From the NCBI GenBank assembly GCA_002269645.1, contig NIVC01000163.1:372001-436000 (forward strand): 64,000 nt of DNA, given 5' to 3'. The notes below the pieces were generated by a model that saw nothing but the letters and a program-made list of their open reading frames with translations, was not told the origin of the DNA and did not search any database. Origin of the DNA: Macrostomum lignano. Taxonomy: Eukaryota. Both the position numbers and the translations under genes were made by a program. Shown piece after piece: positions 1 to 13,300 of the stretch (position 1 is the first letter of the stretch; the number at the start of each line of letters is the position of its first letter).

Positions 1-174
1 TGTGCAAATCAAGCATTAGCAAGAGGCAAGCAACATACCAGTATAGCTCTGTGACATTTACTCAACAAATCAGTCACTGAAATGAGCGCAAAAACTTTAA
101 ACCTGATAAGTGATAACAGATGACATGTGTAAACTATCAATATAATCGATTTGTTTAATAGTTTTTTCTCCCAG

Positions 175-1636
175 TTTTCTACCCTATCGTTACTGCTTCT
201 GACACTTGGACAAGTTTATAGTTCGGTAGCATATCTATATACATTGCTACCTGTTAAATTAAAACTGTTATTCTTATTTGATGCGAAAGAATCTCAATCT
301 GCCTTTTTATAATTAGTTATTATTATGTACTCTGTTTGTTTGTCAGACGCTAGGGCACAAATTTGACTATAAACTGTTTCTAAGTTTGGATTAAAATTTG
401 TAAAAGGAAGCCTACATACTTTTAGCAAATAAATTTCCACCAAATTTATTACTAGACACTTGTTCTGTCTGGTTCTGTTTCCTAATATATCGGCAGATAT
501 TGTGCCTGTTTATATCTTCTGGGCTTGCTGTGGTATGTTCATTTTCTGTTAGAATTGTTTGACAGTTCGCCATCAATTTTCACTGCACTGCATGACCCCA
601 TATAGCACCCACTGACCCCATTTAGCACCCACTGACTCCATCTAGCACCCCTGACCCCCATCTAGCACCCCTGACCCCATCTAGCACCCCCTGACCCTAT
701 CTAGCACCCGTGACCCTATCTAGCATCCCTGACCCTATCTAGCACCCACTGACCCTATCTAGCACCCCCTGACCCAATCTAGCACCCCTGACCCCATCTA
801 GCACCCCTGACCCCATCTAGCACCCCTGACCCCATCTAGCATCCCTGACCCTATCTAGCACCCACTGACCCTATCTAGCATCCCTGACCCTATCTAGCAC
901 CCACTGACCCTATCTAGCACCCCCTGACCCAATCTAGCACCCCTGACCCCATCTAGCACCCCTGACCCCATCTAGCACCCCTGACCCCATCTAGCATCCC
1001 TGACCCCATCTAGCACCCCTGACCCTATCTAGCACCCACTGACCCTATCTAGCATCCCTGACCCTATCTAGCACCCACTGACCCTATCTAGCACCCCCTG
1101 ACCCAATCTAGCACCCCTGACCCCATCTAGCACCCCTGACCCCATCTAGCACCCCTGACCCAATCTAGCACCCCTGACCCTATCTAGCACCCCCTGACCC
1201 AATCTAGCACCCCTGACCCCATCTAGCATCCCTGACCCCATCTAGCACCCCTGACCCTATCTAGCACCCACTGACCCTATCTAGCATCCCTGACCCTATC
1301 TAGCACCCACTGACCCTATCTAGCACCCCCTGACCCAATCTAGCACCCCTGACCCCATCTAGCACCCCTGACCCCATCTAGCACCCCTGACCCCATCTAG
1401 CACCCCTGACCCTATCTAGCACCCCCTGACCCAATCTAGCACCCCTGACCCCATCTAGCACCCCTGATCCTATTTATAGCGGCAGCTCTTATTCCAGCAC
1501 CCAAATTAAGTATGTACAATGTAAGCAAATGTGTTTAACAAAGAAAACTGCGGGCAAAGATAGCAATTTTTCAATAATATGATTTTAGGCTGTACACCAA
1601 GCGGGCACTGTGTGCTATATACTTTTTGTGCTATAA
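175..1636 (+). CDS. Possible 3' exons of an unidentified hydrophobic (membrane) protein gene entering from the left edge
   Basis: Phase-consistent candidate exons 175-225, 347-383, 497-532, 1498-1520 and 1589-1636 give FSTLSLLLLTLGQVYSSTLGHKFDYKLFLNIVPVYIFWACCAPKLSMYNAVHQAGTVCYILFVL*. Donors GTATGT (533) and GTAAGC (1521) and acceptor TTCCAG (1497) are strong and bracket the 19-bp array. Two other donors are weak. No homolog recognised. Confidence 0.35.
592..1470. repeat. 19-20-bp minisatellite (CTGACCCCATCTAGCACCC), about 45 copies
   Basis: Directly visible tandem array, lying inside candidate + strand intron 533-1497. Confidence 0.97.
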
Positions 1637-2299
1637 GTTTATTTATTAGCCATGAATGTCATTACTATTACTATTAAATTTAATAAAATTTCTTTTTTCA
1701 AACCTCTGTCGTTCACCATGCATATGCAATGCTATAGTTAGACAGGAAGTGCATTAATAAATATTATTGTTATACACATCAACAACACAGAACACATTAT
1801 ATGTATCTTGCTTGACTGAGTACAGTATTATGTTTTATACATTATAAATATCTGTAGGAAACCAAAGAGTATCATTATTAATATACAATAACTACAGCAG
1901 TGCTGAGACTACCCTTGCGGTAACAAGCAACGAGAGAAGCATCACAGCTGCGGATATTCAAATTATTCGTTAAATTACAAATACATGCAGAGTATTGCTG
2001 TCAGATACCAAATAAAAATCTGTCTTAGCGTGTACATCATATACTACTGTTATCGAAATCGACAAGTAGCAGCTACGCTCGGATCGAATAAAGCCTTGTT
2101 GCAACATTCAAAATACGCATTAAAGAGAAAGAAAGAGTAACACGAAAATTTAAACGCTTTTAAATCCATTGACTTAAGCATAATTTAAGTATTAAAACTC
2201 TAAAAGCAAATGACTACTTATTATATTATAGTTATAAATGAGCCAATGATGATTCTTGAACTGCTGAAAATCCAACACAAATATTTTGATGGGGATCAA

Positions 2300-2570
2300 C
2301 GGGATCTAGATTAGGATAAATGGGATAATTAGGAGCACGATTGGGATAATGGGATCAGGATTGGGATAATTGGGAACACGATTGGGATAAATGGGGTCAG
2401 GATTAAGATTAGATAGGATGAGGATTGGAATAATTAGGAGCAGGATTGGGATAAATAGGATCAGGATTGGGATAAATGGGAGCAGGATTGGGATAAATGT
2501 GAGCAGGATTGGGATAGATGGGAGCAGGATTGGGATAAATGAATGGAATCAGGATTGGGATGATGGGGAT
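2300..2570. repeat. 21-bp minisatellite (GGGATAAATGGGAGCAGGATT)
   Basis: Visible tandem array downstream of the STX6 stop. On the - strand it is followed by an acceptor-like GGATTTTCAG ending at 2264. Confidence 0.93.
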
Positions 2571-2700
2571 CCAGACTTCTAGATTCGATATCTGCATGTA
2601 GAAAGCTTTAATTTAGACCTCAGGATCTGCACTCCTAAAACAATTTTAATTAAAATGAGAAAACTGCAATTCATCAATCAGCCATCGTTACAAAACCAGT

Positions 2701-4130
2701 TCACAGTACAAACAAAAGCACAATGAGAATTATGAGCACTAGCAGTAACACGCCAATCACAGTCCACTGTCGCTTATCGTTAGACATGTGCAGCACTCGG
2801 GCCATCTTCTTCATCGTGGTGTCCAGCTTGCTTTCGGTGGTGTCCATCTCTCGCCCGAATTCGTCCAAAATCACTGCCTGCTCTTCCAGTTCGCTGTTCA
2901 TGCGGTGCGAGATGTCTTTGAGTGCGCCGATGCCACCGCTGAGTCTAAGGTTTGGTGGTGAGGGGGATAAGGCGCCTTATTTTATATGCCAGGTTGATTG
3001 ACAGCTCGGCAACACTTCGATTGAATCCATGGCGGATGGTGGTCCAGCAAATGAGGATCTAGGAGGCTGGCCCAGCAACTGAGGATCTGGGAGGCTGGCC
3101 CAGCAACTGGGGATCTGGGAGGCTGGCCCAGCAACTGGGGATCTGGGAGGCTGGCCCAGCAATTGAGGATCTGGGAGGCTGGCCCAGCAACTGAGGATCT
3201 GGGAGGCTGGCCTAGCAACTGGGGATCTGGGAGGCTGGCCCAGCAACTGAGGATCTGGGAGGCTGGCCCAGCAACTGGGGATCTGGGAGGCTGGCCTAGC
3301 AACTGGGGATCTGGGAGGCTGGCCCAGCAACTGAGGATCTGGGAGGCTGGCCCAGCAACTGGGGATCTGGGAGGCTGGCCCAGCAACTGAGGATCTGGGA
3401 GGCTGGCCCAGCAACTGAGGATCTGGGAGGCTGGCCCAGCAACTGAGGATCTGGGAGGCTGGCCCAGCAACTGAGGATCCGAGAGGGTGGGAGCTGAGCT
3501 TTAGAATGCGATGTCTGGTGCGGCAAAAACAATTATGTCTCACCTATCCAAAGTCTCATCCTGTTGCCTTAGCAGCAGCTGCTGAGCAGCCTGAGTCTCC
3601 TCTGCATAGTTTGGCAGGGCCTGCCTGCTAGAAGAGGCGCCACCACTGCCGCCGCCAGCTGCCCCCGGCTGCCGGACGGAGGTAGCAGTGGCCGGGGGAG
3701 TCACGGCTACCGGAGTGTTCGGCTCCAGCCGTTCGATCTTGGCCTTCATCTCTTGAGCTCGTTGACGAGTTTCGCTGACGAATCCGCGACGAGCGGCCAC
3801 TTCGGATTCGTCCAGACGGAATTTCCTCGGATTTCGTTCAACAATACCGATGGTCTCTTCGAGATCGTCCAGATCCCATTCGATGTTGCGTAGGGAGTTC
3901 TGCAACTCGCCAAGGCAATAGTCTAGCTCCTGCCTGCCCACAGGGTTGGAGGCCAGGGTTTTGTACTGGCTCATCAGGATGCTCCACCGATCGAAAAGTT
4001 TCCTGGCCGACTCGACGTTGCGTTCAACATCCGATTTAACGGCAAAGAATGGGTCCTCGATTGAACCGCCGCCGCCGCCTCCGCCAACAAGAGGCTGCTG
4101 CTGATTGGCTGCGGCTGCCGATGACGTCAT
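2701..4130 (-). CDS. STX6: Syntaxin-6 (Qc-SNARE), 2 exons, 276 aa
   Basis: Exons 4130-3544 and 2944-2701, intron 3543-2945 (GTGAGA...CCTTAG, phase 2). N-terminal EDPFFAVK...DLDDLEETIGIVERNPRKF Habc domain, SNARE motif QDETLDRLSGGIGALKDISHRMNSELEEQAVILDEF and a C-terminal TM helix match the STX6 family. Confidence 0.95.
3041..3480. repeat. 28-bp minisatellite family A (GGGAGGCTGGCCCAGCAACTGAGGATCT), copy 1, in the STX6 intron
   Basis: About 15 tandem units. The same unit occurs at 19387, 25008 and 42028. Confidence 0.97.
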
Positions 4131-4244
4131 TGCGTTTTTTTACATGAAAAAATAGATATAAAATTCGTTAGCTAAAAATGAATCTGTGGGATCTAGAAAT
4201 CTATATGTATGTGTGTGCTTCCATAAAATAAAAAATGGATTACA

Positions 4245-4453
4245 CCCGCCTTAATGGGCAGATGTCAAACCGACAGGTTGTTCAGTCCAAGGACTGGGGG
4301 TCGCCACACAAGCCTCAATTACCCCAGCTGATGCTGGCACCCATTTTGCAGCTGGATGAACTGAAGCAATGCAGATAAGTGTCTTGCTCAAGGAATCGAA
4401 CCCTCGACCTTCAAGTCGTGAGTCTGACGCTCTAACCACTAGGCTACAACCCC
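4245..4453 (-). mobile_element. tRNA-derived SINE (family 1)
   Basis: On the - strand: A-box-like TAGTGGTTAGAGC, B-box GGGTTCGATTCC, then a SINE-type body (CTTGAGCAAGACACTT...GCTTCAGTTCATCCAGCTGCAAAATGGGTGCC). There is no tRNA acceptor-stem 3' half. CTTCCAT occurs on both flanks (4218-4224, 4454-4460) and may be a TSD. Confidence 0.75.
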
Positions 4454-7150
4454 CTTCCATTGTGCTTCAATACATAGCCATTTAAGAATTATTAACTACA
4501 GGTCGACTGTTTGGAAAAAAACATTTCGCAGAAAAGTTCACAAGCCTAAAAAAACTCACAAACCTAAGGTAATTTAAGGAACTCAATGAGTAGCGGAACT
4601 TTACAGAAAATAATAATCCATGCCTGGCATAGTAAGGCTACTTCACACAAATTTCAATCTTGAAGGAAGAAATCGATTTCTAAATCCTGTTTGAAACTTT
4701 CTCTGCTTCCTCTCGGTTTGGGGGGGGGGCTGGTCTTAAGAGATTAGAAAAGTTAATTTTCAGCCTCAAGGCAAGACAAGAATGGCTTTGCTGGCTTTTT
4801 CTATCCATCGCGCATGGAGTTCTAAATAAGTAGATCTAGACTATACTAGCGACTAGCGACTTTCCTCTCAGCAGATACCATCAGATCTCAGAACGGCATC
4901 GCAGAAGCAGAGCAAGCTGATCAGAGTGTCAGATCGGAAGCAAAAACACAGACAGATCTGTGAATGCAACAGCATCTTTACAGCTGTAAGCTTAGTCTGC
5001 TGGCTATGTAATTGCACCGGGAAACATGGGTGGCTTGTAGTAGACCTTTAAGCAAGAAAAAATTAGTGATAAGGAGGTATCAATATATGAGCATATTTGA
5101 GCATTAGCTATACAAAAAGCATTGCTTCGGAACACGCGAGAGTTCTATAGCTTGATTGATTGATCGATCGCTTTACTCATAAAATTAAAATGAGAAACTG
5201 GTCCTTATAACTCGAAAAAAACATCTAAAGTACATCGAAAATTTGGTTGAGGAAAAGCATAGAGAAGTTGACTATATATAGGCAAGTATATCTAGGGAAT
5301 ATTTTACCAGTTTAATGCACATCGAAACAAGGTTAAAATACAAGCTTGTCAGGATGTCTATGGCCAAAAGGCTTATGCATAGCAAAATGAGAGTTTCTTT
5401 CTAGTGAATTCAGTTACACATATTTTGGTCATTTCATTCAAAAGTTGTGTGAAAAAACCATTGCAATGCCACTGATAGTCTGTCTTATAGTAAAAGGTGA
5501 AATATATAGCTTAGTCAGTTTTTATAGATCTTGTTTGCAGCATGCAAGTATATGAGCATACACAAAACACCTCTAATGCACAATGAACATTATTTTACTG
5601 TCCACCCCCTTCTGTGTTGAGTTTTTTTATATACTCTGTCACTTGGCAACAAATCTTGACAGTTTTGCACATTGCAAAATTTTGCTTAGTCAAGTGTCAA
5701 GGGTACAAAGACTTGGCTGATTGAATACTCAATATTCTAAAGGATGACAAATGTTTCATAGTTCCAAAGATGGCTAACAGGTGCAGATTCCAAGGTCTAT
5801 GATCCACAATTGCCTGGCAAGCATGAACCTTGTGAAGCTGAGCACTTGCTGAGTCCCAAGGTTTGGCACACTTTCTCCCATGGTCTTTCAACCTGTAGTA
5901 AGTATGTTGCTACAGATGGATACTATGTTGAGAAAGCTGCATTGAAGGTTGATGATGATGATGAATGACTATAATTTGTTTCTTTGAGGACAAAACATTG
6001 CTTTTTATATTTTTAAACTTTTATTGTAAGATTATCAGTGGTATTATGATGGTTTTTCACATATCTTTTGAATGCAATGGCCATAATACATGCAAATAAA
6101 TTCATTGGAAAGAAGATATATACTACTTTAAAATTGTACCCCTTATAATTATCTATATTGTATGCTTTCTTTTTTAACATAGGACTATTTAATCTTGAGA
6201 GATATCAAAATAAAGATTGAACATACTAAGATGCTCAAACAAGCAACTAGAAAGTACTATAATAAAGTAAAGAAAATGTCCCAAGCATATAAAGGTGCCA
6301 AGTGCCAAACTGATATCAAAAGTACAAAGGAAAGAAATAATAATAACAATATAATAATTTTTTACCAAACTTTTTTATTTTCTTAATAAAAGCAACATTC
6401 ATTTTGTTAAACTTGTAGGCTTTTTTAATTTTGAAAAATCTATTTAGTTCTATTACATTTGCTATATATCTATGCATACAAGGTTACACTTAGAATGTGT
6501 GCTAAGAAGACTTGGTTAGGTAACAATGATAGCCACCAACTATGCTATATATATGATATAGTTTTGATCAAAACTATGAAATACAAAAAATCTATTTTAG
6601 CATTGATTAGTAATTAATTGATTTCTTAGACAACATGCAATCATGTTTTGATTTCTTGAGAAATTGAGAAAAAAAATTAAATAAAACAAAGGATTTAAAA
6701 AAATGTCTGCCTAACAAAAGGAAAATCAATTATTTTCATTTTTGATTGCAAGTCAATTATTATTAAATTAATGCTTACTTTCTATTTTTGATATATTTTT
6801 GATATTTTTGATATTTTTGAGACATAGAAAAGCAAACTAAGGCAACAAAATGCTGGGCAACAGAAAGCATAGGCATTGAAAAGCATAGATACTGATTACT
6901 GATTATTGATATTGATTAGTGTCAAAATTTAGCCAGTACACAGACAATAAATAAAAACTAAAAAGCCTATGATGCAATCTATTTCAGAATCAGAATTCAA
7001 TTAGTCAGTTTTTTCTCTAGCATTCTTACAATGCATTTCAAGTTGAAAGAGCTGCTTGACCTTTGCAAAAAAGCATGTTTTTTGAATATTTAATCCCTTG
7101 AGCATTGAGCAATTTCTTAGCCACATTGCATGTACTGTCACGGAAAATTT

Positions 7151-7260
7151 TCTGATTGAACAGTGCAAGTTTGAAGAAAGTTGGTTGAGCCATTTTTGCT
7201 AAAATTGATCGCATACCTAGATAGATAGATAGATACCTACCAATAGACCATTTTTAGTAT
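7151..7260 (+). repeat. Dispersed repeat, second copy at 59110-59205
   Basis: TCTGATTGAACAGTG.AGTTTGAA...GTTGAGCCATTTTTGCTAAAATTGATC...ACCATT.TTAGTATA is shared by both sites. Confidence 0.8.
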
Positions 7261-8874
7261 ATAGATTTTAAATCTTTTGGCAAAAACGCGATCAAAATTG
7301 GTGAAGAATTGCAATCTCTAGAGCATTATGACATTCAAGTATACAAACTTTAGAGATTTAGTATATTTAGATAGTGAAGAATTGCTTGCTCTAGAGCATT
7401 ATGGACAAGCATACAAACAAACAAACCTTAGAGATGTAGTATATTTAGATTATAGAATATAATTCTATAGCCTAATTAACTAAATTTATATTTGGTTTAA
7501 GTTAATTAGGTTAACCATAAACAAATTTTAAGCTAAAACTTTAAGCTAAAACAAGAAATTGTTAGGGCCTAGCCGAAGATTATATAAGCACCAAATATTA
7601 ATTTAAACCATTTAATAAGAGCATTCAAAGATATATTATAGGCCTATATGGGATAAAGGTCATTATACTAGGTCTAATAAGGCACTTCAATGATAATTAG
7701 TTGTTTTAATAACAAGTTACATCTATGATAAACATAGTTTGCCTTTGGTAAAAAAGGAAACAATTGGTTAGAGGTCATTTTAGTAATATTATACAATATT
7801 ATAGGCCTAATATTATAGTATATACAATGATAAATGCACAACATAATACTTAGATTAAAAGTCAAAGTTCATGAATTATGATCAGAATTAGATTTACTTT
7901 TTATTTATTGTATTGTATGTGATATCCAACTAGCAAACTAAAACTATACTAAGTCGTTTAATGACTAGAGTGAGTCATAAAATTATAACAGCTAAAAGCT
8001 CAATTTATTTCTTGCATGGACAACACTAAAGATAGCCAAGATAGGCGTAATAATATGCAAAACATAGCATAAACATAACATAACAAAACGACCGAGTGTC
8101 ATCCGTTGATATGTTTGTCGAGCTCATCACAGTCAGTAGCGGTATTACATGCAGATCTCAAGCCTGTGAGACACACGGAACAACTTGGACAAGACAAGAA
8201 TCAGAATGATGTTGAATAACGTTATAAAATCTCGAAATTTCTCGAAAAATCACAATGCATTAGTAAGTCAAATGGCGAGGTGCAACAATACAAGGTTTTA
8301 AACAAACTGTTATTTAAAAATAAAGGTCTGTATGTCGCTATAACTTTCGTAAAGCAATGTTAGGTCTAAATTTATACTAATGCAATAAGTTCCTCGAAAG
8401 TGAAAAACCGTTGACATATAAAACTAAAAAACAAACTATTTAACTTTATTATATGCACGGCATTTTTTACTTTTGAACAAGCAGCATGTTTAACGCTAGA
8501 TTGATTATTATAAATCTACCTGAGGCGAGGGCCGCAGTCGCATCGAGATCATTGCTTTTCTCAGAAATATTTTTTTAATTTCTATGCTTACCACCGCTAT
8601 TTTTTGCTATTCTATGAAGTTTTTAACCTTTCATCCAGAATTCAAACGACACCCCACTCAATAAATTGATTGATGCTGCAAGATTTGCATTCACACCTAG
8701 CTTAGCTAGATTGAAAATTCATACCCCTCTCTACAATTTTCCATGAAACAGCTTAGTGAAAGTAAATTGATTTAGTATTATTATTATTTACCTACTCCTT
8801 TCAATTGATAGGCAGATAGTTATGCCTAGGCCTACGCCTATGGACTATGGTCACTGGTGTTCTGTGTAACTGTG

Positions 8875-9057
8875 CAGTAGTGCAACCAGAAATTTTTTGA
8901 GGGGGGGATTCTTGAGGGTAAAGACCCGGGAGGGGGCGGAGGGGTGGCTCTGTTTTTGGCAAAAATTCGATTGTTTCCCCCTTTGATTTTTTCAGTCTCT
9001 GCCTAAGGGGGTGGCAACCACATGGCACACCCCACCCCCCGCCTGGTTGCGCCACTG
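8875..9057. mobile_element. hAT-type MITE, 183 bp
   Basis: TIR CAGTAGTGCAACCAG versus reverse complement of the right end CAGTGGCGCAACCAG. Flanked by 8-bp near-duplication TAACTGTG (8867-8874) / TTACTGTG (9058-9065). An 8-bp TSD is typical of hAT. Confidence 0.75.
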
Positions 9058-10363
9058 TTACTGTGTTAGGTGGTAGGCGGCATAGGCCTAACCTAAGAAA
9101 GAATGAGTTGAATACCAATCAATGGCTAGGGCTAGGGCCTAGGCCTATGCTACAAAGTCCAAGTACCAAAAGTTGTCTAGCAAAGTTTGCTACATGCTAC
9201 TTGCTAGCCATATAGGCCTAACCCTTTTATATAATAATAATAATATATTAATAATTCCAGAGTCCTATAGAGTATAGAGTAGGTTATAGAATGTATTGCC
9301 TATAATCGGCAATATTATATTTTGTCTAGAGCTGCTATTGAGTTTTTAAGAATTCAATTGAAAATTATATTTAAGATGGTTGTAATATTTTAATAAGTTA
9401 TAAAGTTATAATATTTCATTTAGTTAGACTGTCAATAAGTGTCAAATAGATTCTAGATGTTTAGAACCCCCTATATGGCTAGGCCTACAGCTAGGCCTAG
9501 TGCCTAGTAAAATGTAGAATCTGCAATGGGATCAAAATGGAATACTACAGTAAAATTCTAAATCCATAATGAAATGATAAATTATAAAATAAACTACAGA
9601 TCATACTAACTTTAAATAAAATGCAAATGCAAGGCACTATGAACTATAAATGTTATTTATAATAATAAAACTTTGAAAAATTAGACCAAACTGCTAGAGA
9701 AAATTAGGATTATATTTTCAATACCTATCTGCTATCACTTATAATATTCATGAGAGAACTTAAATTTACTACTTTGAATTTGCCTTATGCTTAATAAATG
9801 CTATTGTTTTAGTACAGTTTGCCTTAATATAGAATCATATTTTAAAATTCTTTATATATTGTTTTCATATAGTTACATTGACATGGTTACATATAAATCT
9901 AAAGAGTTATTTAGAATTGGTGTATATACTAATATCAATTCAAAAAATTATTATTTTTCAATTCCCATACTTCTAGCTTTGCTTCAATTCTAAAGACTTG
10001 CTTCAATCTGCAAGTCTTTTTGCAATTTATCATTTTGTAGCAGATTCCACATTTTATTGTGCTATTCTATTCCATTTTTACATTTTACTGGTATCAATAT
10101 AGCTAAGCCTATAATGATTTATCTATAGTTTTTATGTAATATGTATATATATATATAATATATATGTATTTTGTATATATTACATTTTTTCTTCAATTTT
10201 TGGCTTATAAAATTGTTGGAATAAAAATTTATTACTTAGTTTTGCTGCTATCCTGGTTAGTCAATCATTATTCTCTTTCAATTAGATGTCCATACATATA
10301 AAATTGGTAACTTTTCTTTATTACATTTAAGTTATCTTTTTCAGAAGCAACAATCCAAATAAA

Positions 10364-13300
10364 ATGGCATCAGCAGACATTGATCAGTTCATTCAAGAGC
10401 AGAAGCAAAGACTTGCTGCCGACAGGCAAAGGATTGGAAACAGTAGAGAGGCATTTCCACCTGGGCCCAGCACTAATGGTGGCTTGGCCTCGGCTGCTAA
10501 GCCTACAGTTTCAACAGGTGTGTAAAATATATTTTCACATTTGTTTGAAAGATCCCAGAGACTGTAATTTATTCAAATTTCAAATTTTATCCTTATTTTA
10601 AAGTCCATACCCAAAAATATTTTAAACATCATATTATTTTTTGTTAAAATCCTCATTAGAAAACTAATAAATCTGCTAAACCTCTAATTTTTTCTCTAAA
10701 ATGTCTTTAATCCCAAATTTCTTTTTGCTTCATTATTTGCCCCAATATTTCTATTCTTTTAGTCTTTTAACCCCCAATCCTGCTATTGTTTTAATCTAAT
10801 TTCTATGAATTGAACAAAACGCAGTTGTTTAAATTAATTCGCAACAATACTACTAACTGCTCTTCTATATTTAGTAGTAAGCAGCGCTGTACCTCTTGCA
10901 ATGCAAATTTATGTTTGAAGTGGTGAGCATATTTTGGACGAACATTTGCACACCTTGTGTAAGAGATAGGGATAAGGGACTGAACTCTCTTCTCTCCCCT
11001 TTCCCACTATTGTCTATAGTTGGTGCAGAATTGGGCTTGCAGTGCAGTGATTCTTTGTGCTCTATAAATTGACCGCCTATGCGTGTGCAGCAGCTCTGAA
11101 TTGCATTCTGAGTACAGTTGCCATAGCAACCAGCTGTATCCCTAACTCTGCCCGCAGCTGCTGTCCCCACAATAGAATTTCCTCGGCCGCAGAGCAACAA
11201 CAGCAAAGAGGAGAGCAGTGGCGGTCTGTTCTCAAAGCTGGGCGCTTACGCAGACACGAGGCGAGCGTTTGACGAATCTCGTCGAGAGGATTATTTGAAG
11301 CTGCGAAAACCTGTACCAGCAGCTTTCCCGGCTGCTCAGGATCCGCCGGTTCCAGCTTATCCAGCCAGCATGTCCACCGCTGGCTCAGGGTCTGGCAGCG
11401 GCGGTGGCCTGGGCATTGTTGGCGGCCTAAGAGATTCGACCAGTGCTAGACAAAGGAAAGAACGGCAGCGCAATGCTGAGTACAATGAGTACTTGAGAAT
11501 GAAGGAACAGGTAAGAAGAATACAAGCTGGGGGTAAACGGCGGGAGTAACTATCTATATATTTTTATGTGAAATGCCCTGTCATATAACTAGTAAATTAT
11601 AGTAGAATAGTTAGCGTTTTAACAGTTTTAAAGTTGAAAAGGCCTTCGTTACAAGCTAGAAACTTCACAATTTACACTTGACTTTTTATGCACTGTCTAG
11701 TTTATGAACTGTCTAGTTTATGAACTGTCTAGTTTATGAACTGTCTAGTTTATGAACTGTCTAGTTTATGAACTGTCTAGTTTATGAACTGTCTAGTTTA
11801 TGAATTATCTAGTTTGCGATTGGTCTTGTAATATAAACTTTTACCTAAAACACAGGAGCAGCAACGCAAAAGACAGCCGCAGCAGCAGCAGCAGCAGCAG
11901 TTGCACCAGCCACCTCGACAGGCGCCATTACTGGAGATTCCGCAGCAGCCGACGCCTCCGCCGCCGCCTCAGCAGCAGCCGCAGCCATCGAACCGAGTGG
12001 ATTTCACCAGTTTAGACGATCTCGAACGCCGCGTTGCCGAGCTCCGTGGCTTCACCGCTGTCCAGCCTCCGGCAGCTTCATCGCGCTACCCGGGGGGCGC
12101 CGCTCCGACAGCCGGCGGTCTTGCCGACGGCTCGAAAGATCCCGTCAGTCGGCTGGAACAGTTGGAGGCCGAATACGAAAATCTTAGAAAAATGCTGCTA
12201 CGTCAGAATGCTCAGCAGCAGCAGCAGCCTCAGCCTCAGAAACCTCATCAACCGCCAGCTTCCTCGACTCGTCTAAAAGCTTCATCTTTTGCCACTTCGA
12301 CGTCTTCAGCTTCGTCAGCCGCAGTTGCCACTGTCGGCGGGGCCATCGACACCCGTCGACCTGACACGGCCAGCCAGCGCGAGAGAAAGCGCCAGGCATA
12401 TAAAGCCGAGCTGGAGCGCCAGTTAGCGGAGCAAAAACAGCAGAAGCAGAGACCGTCGCTTCAGGAGCAATCTGCTACTAGACCTGGAATTGGAGACTTA
12501 TCGGTGAGGTTTTGCTTTTTGAAATAAAGTTCCCTAATCCCATCTCAGTTCTCTAATCCCATCTCAGTTCCCTAATCCCATCTCAGTTCTCTAATCCCAT
12601 CTCAGTTCCCTAATCCCATCTCAGTTCTCTAATCCCATCTCAGTTTCCTAATCCCATCTCGGGTCTTTAATCCCATCTGTGTTCCACAATTCCATCTCAG
12701 TTCTCTAATCCCATCTCAGTTCCCTAATCCCATCTCAGTTCCCTAATCCCATCTCAGTTCTCTAATCCCATCTCAGTTCCCTAATCCCATCTCAGTTCCC
12801 TAATCCCATCTTAGTTCTCTAATCCCATCTCGGCTGGCTAATCCCATCTCAGTTCCCTAATCCCATCTCGGGTCTTTAATCCCATCTCAGTTCTCTGATC
12901 CCATCTCAGTTCTCTAATCCCATCTCAGTTCCCTAATCCCATCTTAGTTCTCTAATCCCATCTCGGCTGGCTAATCCCATCTCGGCTGGCTAATCCCATC
13001 TCAGTTCCCTAATCCCATCTCAGTTCCCTAATCCCATCTCAGTTCTCTAACCCCATCTCAGTTCTCTAATCCCATCTCAGTTCTCTAATCCCATCTCAGT
13101 TCCCTAATCCCATCTCAGTTCTCTAATCCCATCTCAGTTCCCTAATCCCATCTCAGTTCTCTAATCCCATCTCAGTTCTCTAATCCCATCTCAGTTCCCT
13201 AATCCCATTTCAGTTCTCTAATCCCATCTCAGTTCTCTAATCCCATTCTGGTTCTCTGAGATCTCACCTCCCCATCTAAGCACAGCCCTAAACTATAAAA

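Noticed and set aside
4385-4453. tRNA gene (also 52707-52776 and 37098-37168)
   Set aside because: A and B boxes are present, but there is no closing acceptor stem or credible anticodon arm, and the sequence continues into a SINE-like body.
5690-8220. Possible small - strand gene (GC-richer patches at 5700-5895, 7020-7140 and 8090-8220 with splice-like sites)
   Set aside because: I could not assemble a start-to-stop, phase-consistent model or recognise any homology.
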